Positions 57,230 through 64,000 of a stretch of 64,000 nucleotides of DNA are shown here, piece by piece (position 1 is the stretch's first letter; the number at the start of each line of letters is the position of its first letter). This DNA is from an uncultured Bacilli bacterium. Its GTDB lineage: Bacteria > Bacillota_I > Bacilli_A > RF39 > UBA660. The stretch is taken from the NCBI GenBank assembly GCA_944358455.1, contig CALVRE010000043.1:8827-72826 (forward strand), written 5' to 3'. The notes beneath the pieces were generated by a model, which saw only the letters and a program-made list of their open reading frames with translations, was not told where the DNA came from and ran no database searches. Made by a program: the position numbers and the translations under genes.

Positions 57230-60200
57230 CTAAAATAAACTTAATTGACTTGATTCATCAAGATGATCTAGTATTCCCATCATACGCATTTTTTCGATAA
57301 GAGTTCCTGATACTTTTCCACGTTTTTGCAAATCCTCAATACTTAAGAATTCACCTTTCGCGCGTTCATCGACGATTTTAAGAGCAACCGTACCGCCTAA
57401 TCCATCAATCGTACGGAATGGTGGAATCAATGTCTTATTGTCATCGTCAACTTTAAAATATAGTGCATCACTGCGCTCTAAATCGATGTTACCAATACGA
57501 ATGCCTCTAGCCGTTGCTTCCAGAGCTAGGCGCAAACATTCTAAGATACCATTCTCCTTATTGGTCGCATCGTACCCCTTATTGACAATTTCGGTAATCT
57601 TCGCTTTAATCGCATCATATCCTTTGATCATCGTCTCGATATCGAAGTCTGTCGCCTTCGTCGAGAACCAAGAAGCATAAAACCAGCTTGGGTAATGAAC
57701 TTTAAAGTAAGCGATACGGAAAGCACTGATAACATATGCTGTCGCATGTGCCTTTGGGAACATATACTTGATCTTACGACAAGAATCGATAAACCACTCT
57801 TCAATTCCTGCTTCCCGCATATCCGCCTCATGTTTTGCCCACGTTTCAGGATCCTTACTAGCTTTTCCTTTACGCACAAATTCCATTATTTTAAATGCTT
57901 TAATTGGTTCCATTCCTTTATACATCAGGTAAACCATAATATCATCACGACACCCGATAACTTCTTTAAATGTTACGACTTTATTCTTGATCAGTTCTTG
58001 GGCATTTCCGAGCCATACATCTTCACCATGAGAAAGTCCTGAAATCTTAATCAATTCAGCAAATGACGTTGGCTTCGTTTCCGATACTAAACTAATCGTA
58101 AATGGTGTTCCAAATTCCGGAATACCTAAAGTACCCGTTTCATTCATAATTTGTTCTTTCGTAACCCCTAATGGTTCTGGCGATAAGAAAATTCCCATCG
58201 TCTCCTTATCATCGAGTGGAATTTTCATGATATCCATGTGCGATAAATCTTGAAGTAATCGAAGTTGCGTTGGATCAGAATGACCTAAAATATCCAATTT
58301 CAAAACATCTTGATCGATCGCATGATAATCGAAGTGGGTCGTACGCCAAGCACTCGTCGGATCATCAGCTGGATATTGATATGGTGTAAAATCAAAGACA
58401 TCCATATACCCTGGAATGACGACGATTCCTCCGGGATGTTGTCCAGTGGTACGTTTGACCCCCGTACATCCCATTGCCAAGCGTTCGATCTCTGCAGTAC
58501 GCATCATAATTCCTTTATCCTCACAATAACCTCGAACATAACCAAATGCTGTCTTTTCTGCCACCGTTCCAATTGTACCAGCACGATATACATTATCGAC
58601 ACCAAATAATACTTTTGTATATTCATGGGCATCTGCTTGATTCAAATCAGAAAAGTTAAGATCGATATCTGGTACTTTATCCGCATTGAAGCCTAAGAAA
58701 GTAGCAAATGGCATATCGTTTCCATCTTTAATCATGTGAGCTCCACATTTTGGGCAATTATAATCTGGTAGATCGAAGCCTGACGAGTATTTGGATCCTA
58801 AAGCCTCTCCATCTAGTTCAAAAACACTATGTTTACATTCTGGACAACGATAGTGTGCAGGAAGAGGATTTACTTCCGTAATACCCATCATCGTCGCCAC
58901 AAAACTAGATCCGACAGAACCACGTGAACCAACCAAATATCCATCATCATTCGATTTCTTTACGAGCTTCTGAGCAATCAAATAAATAACATCGAAGCCA
59001 CCACCAATAATTCCTCCAAGATTCTTCTTCATCATCGCTTCGATCTCATCATCATTAGACTCGGGATGACCAATCTTTAAATTTTCGCGAATGATGCATT
59101 TTACTTCATCAAATCCCTTTAAAATCGCATCATGAAGGCGTCTAAAAGACTCTCTTTCAAAATCATCTTCCGGATAATTTTCTCGTTTCATTCCCTCTTT
59201 GATACTATTAAAAATTCCATCTCCATATAATTCTTTCGCAATTCTCTCTTCAATATTGTATGGAAGAGGATCACCATACCAATCGGCTGCCTTCGTATAA
59301 ACCAGTTCCGTTACAGTCTCTACAGAGTGATCGATCTTTGGTGAGAATGGTACTCCCCCTGTTTCGATGATAACCTCGATAATATCGACCATGTCAGCAA
59401 TTTTATTTGGATTTTCAATCACCAATTCACGAGCAAGATTCGGATCTAAGAAATGAAAATCCTCCAACATTTCATCGGTTGTACGGAAATGATTACTTGG
59501 TATTTCCTTGATATTAAAACGACTAAGTGGATGTCTACCACCACCTGGAACTTTCGCATTGACGATAATTTGGCGATAAATTTTATCTTCCCTACTAATA
59601 TGGTGTACATCTCCAGTTGCAACAATCAATTTTCCAGCTTCTTTGGTAACACGAATGATTTTATTTACATGATCCAATAATTCAGCAGGACTTCCAAAAT
59701 CTCCCGTTTGTAAAAGATGATTATAGCACTCTAGTGGTTGAACTTCCACATAATCATAGAAATTGATAATATTGGTTAATTCTTCATCACTTTTACTTCT
59801 AGCTTCGATAAACACTTCACTTTCATAACAACCACTACCAATTAGTAATCCCTCACGCAGTTCATCAATGACACTACGAAGAATACGTGGTGTTTTATAT
59901 AAATACTTCGTATTTGCATAACTGACAATTTTAAATAAATTTTTAAGACCAATCTTATTCTTAGCCAAAATATTGACATGATAAGAACGACCGAACTTAT
60001 GAATTTCATCTTTCGAAACCAACTTATCGAGATCGCAAATTCTCTCGATATTACGATCGACTAACTTCTTCATCATCTTGTGGTACACAAGAGCCGTTCC
60101 TTCTGCATCGTAGTCACCACGGTGATGGGCATCTTCATCCCAAGGAACATCGTAACGTTTTACTAAAGCACTCAAACTATGACGTGAATAATTCGTATCC

Positions 60201-61783
60201 AAAGCACGCGATAATTCAAGAGTATCGATAACCGTATTCTTATACTCACCAAACTGATATTTTTTATAAGCCATTTCCAAAAAGGAAACGTCGAACTTAG
60301 CATTGTGCGCTACCATAGGAAGATCGCCTGTCCATTCGATAAAACGACGAATCGCATTTCCTTCATTGTCTTTGTCTTTCAACATTTCATCCGTGATATT
60401 GGTAAGTTCAACGATCTTTTTAGGAAGCGGACGACCAGGATTGATCAGCTCATCATAACGATCGATGATTTCTCCATTATGAATCTTTACAGCTCCAACC
60501 TCGATGATCGAATCGCCACCAGCCGCATTGAATCCTGTTGTTTCAAAGTCGAAAACTACATATGTATTTTCTAATAATGGCGTTTCATTTGGACGAACGA
60601 CAATATTGATCGTATCGTCAATCAAAGTAAGTTCGACTCCATAAATTGCTTTAAAAGGCTCTTCTCCCTCTTTTAATCCCTTATTATAGTCTCGTACATA
60701 ATTATAAACATGTGGAAAAGCCTGTACACCATTATGATCGGTAATGGCAATCGCTTTATGTCCCCATTTGATTGCTTGTTTCACTAATTTTACTTCATCA
60801 GCAAGACCATCCATTTGGCTCATCATCGTATGAGCATGAAGTTCGACACGCTTTTCTTCGGAATGATCCATTCTTTCTTCCGTTACTTTCTTTAATTCAT
60901 TGATATCACGTGCATTTAACACAAGTTCTTTCGAATATTGATCATTCTTACTATAACCTCGAATTTTATACCAATTACCTACTTTTAATTGTTTTTTCAA
61001 ACGAGCATAATCATCTTCGTCACGAACGAAAACTTTACAATAAATACTATCGGTATAATCCGTTATTTTCAAAGTAATAATACGGAAGCTGGAACGAGAA
61101 GACTCAAAATAGTCAATTCCAAATACATGTGCCTCAACGGTTAAATTGTTGTCTTCCCCAATAATATTATCGATCGTCGTAAGATTTGACTTAATTTCTT
61201 CTCCCATAATAACGCTTGGCTTTTCGAATGTTTTTTCCATTTTTTTCGTTTTGATTTGCTCTTCGACTAATTCTTTTTCAATCTCTTTTTGAACTTGAAC
61301 ACTTTTTTGTTCATCGATCACAACTTGAATATCGAATAATTCATAACCTACACTTTCCAAATCGGCAGTCAAATCAGAAACATGAGATTCTAATTTCATC
61401 TTTTCCGCCAAATTACTTACAGAAATTTTCAAAACATCATCTTCATAATGGAGTTCTGCTTCCTCAAACATACCAAGTAGAGGTTCTTCTTTCTTATATT
61501 CATGAATAAAATAACGATAATAATCGTTTAGAAGTTCTCTACTTGGATTTTCCACATGAAAGGTTACCTTAGTTCTACGACATGTCGGAAATCCACGGCT
61601 TAGAAGTTCTTTAAACATTTCGTAACAAGAAACTGGTAAAGTACAGTCGATGTGTACTAAAAAGTGATAAATATCACGACTTTTGTTACCAACGATCCGT
61701 TCCAGTGTTCCTGTTTTCATACACTGACGTAACTCTTCTGGCGCTTCTATTTGATTTAATAATAGTTGTAATTTATCTTCCAT
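57230..61783 (-). CDS. polC: DNA polymerase III PolC-type (Gram-positive replicative polymerase)
   Basis: About 1517 aa from MEDKLQLLLNQI. It has a PHP domain, an inserted DEDD 3'-5' exonuclease (VVFDFETTG), a zinc-finger region (CPEC...CPKCG) and the Pol III alpha core. A GGTGG RBS lies before the ATG at 61783. Confidence 0.9.
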   Translation of the reverse strand: MEDKLQLLLNQIEAPEELRQCMKTGTLERIVGNKSRDIYHFLVHIDCTLPVSCYEMFKELLSRGFPTCRRTKVTFHVENPSRELLNDYYRYFIHEYKKEEPLLGMFEEAELHYEDDVLKISVSNLAEKMKLESHVSDLTADLESVGYELFDIQVVIDEQKSVQVQKEIEKELVEEQIKTKKMEKTFEKPSVIMGEEIKSNLTTIDNIIGEDNNLTVEAHVFGIDYFESSRSSFRIITLKITDYTDSIYCKVFVRDEDDYARLKKQLKVGNWYKIRGYSKNDQYSKELVLNARDINELKKVTEERMDHSEEKRVELHAHTMMSQMDGLADEVKLVKQAIKWGHKAIAITDHNGVQAFPHVYNYVRDYNKGLKEGEEPFKAIYGVELTLIDDTINIVVRPNETPLLENTYVVFDFETTGFNAAGGDSIIEVGAVKIHNGEIIDRYDELINPGRPLPKKIVELTNITDEMLKDKDNEGNAIRRFIEWTGDLPMVAHNAKFDVSFLEMAYKKYQFGEYKNTVIDTLELSRALDTNYSRHSLSALVKRYDVPWDEDAHHRGDYDAEGTALVYHKMMKKLVDRNIERICDLDKLVSKDEIHKFGRSYHVNILAKNKIGLKNLFKIVSYANTKYLYKTPRILRSVIDELREGLLIGSGCYESEVFIEARSKSDEELTNIINFYDYVEVQPLECYNHLLQTGDFGSPAELLDHVNKIIRVTKEAGKLIVATGDVHHISREDKIYRQIIVNAKVPGGGRHPLSRFNIKEIPSNHFRTTDEMLEDFHFLDPNLARELVIENPNKIADMVDIIEVIIETGGVPFSPKIDHSVETVTELVYTKAADWYGDPLPYNIEERIAKELYGDGIFNSIKEGMKRENYPEDDFERESFRRLHDAILKGFDEVKCIIRENLKIGHPESNDDEIEAMMKKNLGGIIGGGFDVIYLIAQKLVKKSNDDGYLVGSRGSVGSSFVATMMGITEVNPLPAHYRCPECKHSVFELDGEALGSKYSSGFDLPDYNCPKCGAHMIKDGNDMPFATFLGFNADKVPDIDLNFSDLNQADAHEYTKVLFGVDNVYRAGTIGTVAEKTAFGYVRGYCEDKGIMMRTAEIERLAMGCTGVKRTTGQHPGGIVVIPGYMDVFDFTPYQYPADDPTSAWRTTHFDYHAIDQDVLKLDILGHSDPTQLRLLQDLSHMDIMKIPLDDKETMGIFLSPEPLGVTKEQIMNETGTLGIPEFGTPFTISLVSETKPTSFAELIKISGLSHGEDVWLGNAQELIKNKVVTFKEVIGCRDDIMVYLMYKGMEPIKAFKIMEFVRKGKASKDPETWAKHEADMREAGIEEWFIDSCRKIKYMFPKAHATAYVISAFRIAYFKVHYPSWFYASWFSTKATDFDIETMIKGYDAIKAKITEIVNKGYDATNKENGILECLRLALEATARGIRIGNIDLERSDALYFKVDDDNKTLIPPFRTIDGLGGTVALKIVDERAKGEFLSIEDLQKRGKVSGTLIEKMRMMGILDHLDESSQLSLF

Positions 61784-61855
61784 CTTACCACCTTTATTTA
61801 TTGTACCAAAAAAAGAAAAGATAAGAAACAAATTCTTAACTTTTCTTTTGCTTTT

Positions 61856-62578
61856 TTATGTTCTTCCATTTATGATAAATAAATAACGATCTCTACCTTG
61901 CAAATCTTGTTCTATTTTGATATTAGCCTGTGGAAAAAGAGAATGTGCAAGCTCTAGCAAGGCATCTCCTTGTTGATAACCGATTTCAAATGCTAATATA
62001 AAATATTGGTTCAAATAGTTTTCCACATGAGTTAATATCTGCTCATAATAATAAAGTCCTTGGTGTGGTGCAAATAGAGCCTGATGTGGTTCATTTTGAT
62101 AGACGAGATCCATGATCTTTTCTTCTGTTCCTATATAAGGAGGGTTACTAATAATAAGATCGAATTTACCATTCAGAGGCTTTAACATATCCCCTTCTAG
62201 AAACGTAATCTCGACTTGATTTAAACGAGCATTTTGACGTGCAACATCTAACGCCTCTTTCGAGATATCGACCGCAACTATATCCGAAGAAGGTAATTCT
62301 TTTTTTAACGTAATTGCAATACAGCCACTTCCCGTTCCGAGATCCACAATACGAATCGATTCTCCTAAATATTGTTTCACATAACGAATCGTTCGATCCA
62401 CTAATTCTTCGGTTTCAAAACGAGGAATTAAAACACTACGATTCACTTTGATCGGATAACCATAAAAATCGACATTCCCAACAATATATTGCACTGGTAA
62501 GCCTTGCTTTAACTGTTCAATTCCTTCTTCTAACTTAGAAGGTTCTAAATACTTTTTTAAATATTCGATATCAGTCAT
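61856..62578 (-). CDS. prmC: release factor glutamine methyltransferase PrmC (HemK)
   Basis: 240 aa with the SAM-binding motif VDLGTGSG and the catalytic motif NPPY. Confidence 0.8.
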   Translation of the reverse strand: MTDIEYLKKYLEPSKLEEGIEQLKQGLPVQYIVGNVDFYGYPIKVNRSVLIPRFETEELVDRTIRYVKQYLGESIRIVDLGTGSGCIAITLKKELPSSDIVAVDISKEALDVARQNARLNQVEITFLEGDMLKPLNGKFDLIISNPPYIGTEEKIMDLVYQNEPHQALFAPHQGLYYYEQILTHVENYLNQYFILAFEIGYQQGDALLELAHSLFPQANIKIEQDLQGRDRYLFIINGRT

Positions 62579-63633
62579 TATTCACCACGTAATTTACGCG
62601 CTTGATCTTCCGCAATCAAAGCATCGATAATCTTACCAAGATCTCCTTCCATGACACGATCTAACGTGTTAGTGGTAAATCCAATACGATGATCAGTAAC
62701 ACGATTTTGAGGATAGTTATAAGTGCGAATTTTCTCAGAACGATCTCCGGTTCCGATCTTACTACGACGTTCTTCCCCTAATTCTTTTTCACGTTCTTGT
62801 GTCTTCAAATCGAATAATCTTGTCTTTAAGATTTTAATCGCTTTTTCCTTATTTTTAATCTGCGAACGTTCCGTCTGTGAATAAACGACGATTCCCGTTG
62901 GAATATGAGTCAAACGAACGGCACTATCCGTCGTATTGACACCTTGTCCACCACATCCACTACTTCTCGTAATATCGACTCTCACATCATTCATATCAAG
63001 CTCAAAGTCAAGTTCCTCAGCTTCCGGCATCACTAATACGGTAGCGGTCGAAGTATGAACTCTTCCTTGTGTTTCCGTTGCCGGAACTCTTTGCACACGA
63101 TGAGCGCCACTTTCATACTTCAAGCGTGAATAAACATTCTCACCCTTTACCATGAAGCTCACTTGTGTATATCCACCAGCTTCTCCTGGTTCCGCTTCTA
63201 ATTCTTCTAGTTTCCATCCTTCATTTTCCGCATATTTGGTATACATGCGATATAAATCGCCCGCAAAAATATTTCCTTCATCGCCACCAGCAGCGCCACG
63301 AATTTCGACGATAACATTCTTTCCATCATTCGGATCCTTTGGAAGTAAAATAATTTCGATTTCTTTTTCAAGATGTTCTTTTTCGGTTTCTAAATTTGCT
63401 AATTCTTCTCTGGCCATTTCTCCCAATTCCGGATCATGAACCATTTCCTTTGCTTCCTCTATTCCCGTTAAAACTTTTTGATATGCCCCATAAATTTCAT
63501 ATGCATCTCGTAATGACGCTTGTTCTTTCGTAAGCTCTAATGTTTTTTTGACATTCGCAATTACTTCCGGCTTCATCAATTCCGCATTTAAATCTTCATA
63601 ACGAGCTTTTATTGCCTCTAATCTCTCTATCAT
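62578..63633 (-). CDS. prfA: peptide chain release factor 1
   Basis: 351 aa with GGQ ([10 protein letters not shown]) and the RF1-specific PAT tripeptide (RVPATE). Confidence 0.9.
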   Translation of the reverse strand: MIERLEAIKARYEDLNAELMKPEVIANVKKTLELTKEQASLRDAYEIYGAYQKVLTGIEEAKEMVHDPELGEMAREELANLETEKEHLEKEIEIILLPKDPNDGKNVIVEIRGAAGGDEGNIFAGDLYRMYTKYAENEGWKLEELEAEPGEAGGYTQVSFMVKGENVYSRLKYESGAHRVQRVPATETQGRVHTSTATVLVMPEAEELDFELDMNDVRVDITRSSGCGGQGVNTTDSAVRLTHIPTGIVVYSQTERSQIKNKEKAIKILKTRLFDLKTQEREKELGEERRSKIGTGDRSEKIRTYNYPQNRVTDHRIGFTTNTLDRVMEGDLGKIIDALIAEDQARKLRGE

Positions 63634-63727
63634 CAGGGTTTCTTCCTTTCTTTTTCATTTTATCAAAACACAGTACAAATTATACTATATTTTAAGAGAA
63701 TACGCAATAAAACCAAAAGAAAAAGGT

Positions 63728-64000
63728 CTAATAACCTTTTCTACCATCGCGTTTATAAATGTACTCTCTGATTCGCGCACTACTACTTTTTTCTGCAAGA
63801 AGTGTCGATAGCTCACGAATCTCCTTTTGCCATGTATTGACATTCGTCGTATTCGCTTTTCGAAACGAAAGCTCTTTTGCACGTAAATTATTTTTGATCT
63901 CTTCTGGATAACCATACAACATCTTAATGATACGAGAAAGTTCTTCCCACTTAAAACGAATACGCATAAAATCCTTGTTAATTTCTTTTCCCTTTGAATC
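63728..64000 (-). CDS. 3' end of an unidentified gene; the N-terminus lies outside the window
   Basis: The ORF is open to the window edge. The C-terminal 90 aa have no recognisable motif. A hairpin with a T-run follows the stop at 63690-63725. Confidence 0.3.
   Translation of the reverse strand, partial: DSKGKEINKDFMRIRFKWEELSRIIKMLYGYPEEIKNNLRAKELSFRKANTTNVNTWQKEIRELSTLLAEKSSSARIREYIYKRDGRKGY

Noticed and set aside
1-64000. CRISPR arrays, rRNA and tRNA genes, transposases or IS elements, prophage structural genes
   Set aside because: No short direct-repeat/spacer periodicity was seen. No intergenic region is long or structured enough for rRNA or tRNA, and all gaps of at least 150 nt are accounted for by T-box leaders, promoters and terminators. 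No DDE or serine-recombinase or phage capsid/terminase-like translations were found.

Overview
The window is a low-GC Firmicutes chromosomal segment in which almost every gene is on the minus strand. The leading strand carries polC next to polA. SpoVA genes and the YqfC/YqfD sporulation genes imply an endospore former; the taxon guess, Erysipelotrichia or Clostridia-like, is inference only.

The core genes I recognise are tdk, xerC, topA, xth, a T-box-controlled GNAT-ileS operon, divIVA, sepF, an M16 peptidase pair, deoD, add, uvrA, spoVAC/D/Eb, recO, era, cdd, two tandem dgkA copies, ybeY, yqfD/yqfC, murT-gatD, T-box pheST, rpmF/yceD, tmcAL, mutM, T-box serS, a CDF transporter, polA, polC, prmC and prfA.

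Three stretches look accessory:
- 1.5-9.0 kb, between xerC and topA, holds a 580-aa protein with a transglutaminase-like Cys/His core, an overlapping 87-aa ORF, a BceRS/BceAB-type peptide-antibiotic sensing and detox module, and an unknown 316-aa protein.
- 45.7-47.5 kb is an AT-rich islet carrying an Abi_2 (AbiD/AbiF-type) abortive-infection gene interrupted by one in-frame TAA, next to an unknown 106-aa gene.
- 47.5-51.9 kb is a surface-protein trio. A secreted phosphodiester-glycosidase-like enzyme with a C-terminal dockerin-like duplicated segment is followed by two paralogous anchored proteins with a cohesin-like N-terminal module and cadherin-like repeats.

The window also contains:
- two separate type IV (pseudo)pilin loci with no assembly ATPase in view; one gene is frameshifted and one is fused to a DUF5011-type Ig-like domain;
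- a roughly 95-nt intergenic element present twice, with a compensatory-changed terminator hairpin;
- three T-box leaders;
- a short unannotated YqzL-like ORF between era and recO.

I found no rRNA, tRNA, CRISPR array, transposase or prophage. No fully convincing novel defence system is visible. The most promising candidates for follow-up are the surface cohesin/dockerin-like trio, the interrupted Abi islet, the TGc-protein pair and the repeated RNA-like element.
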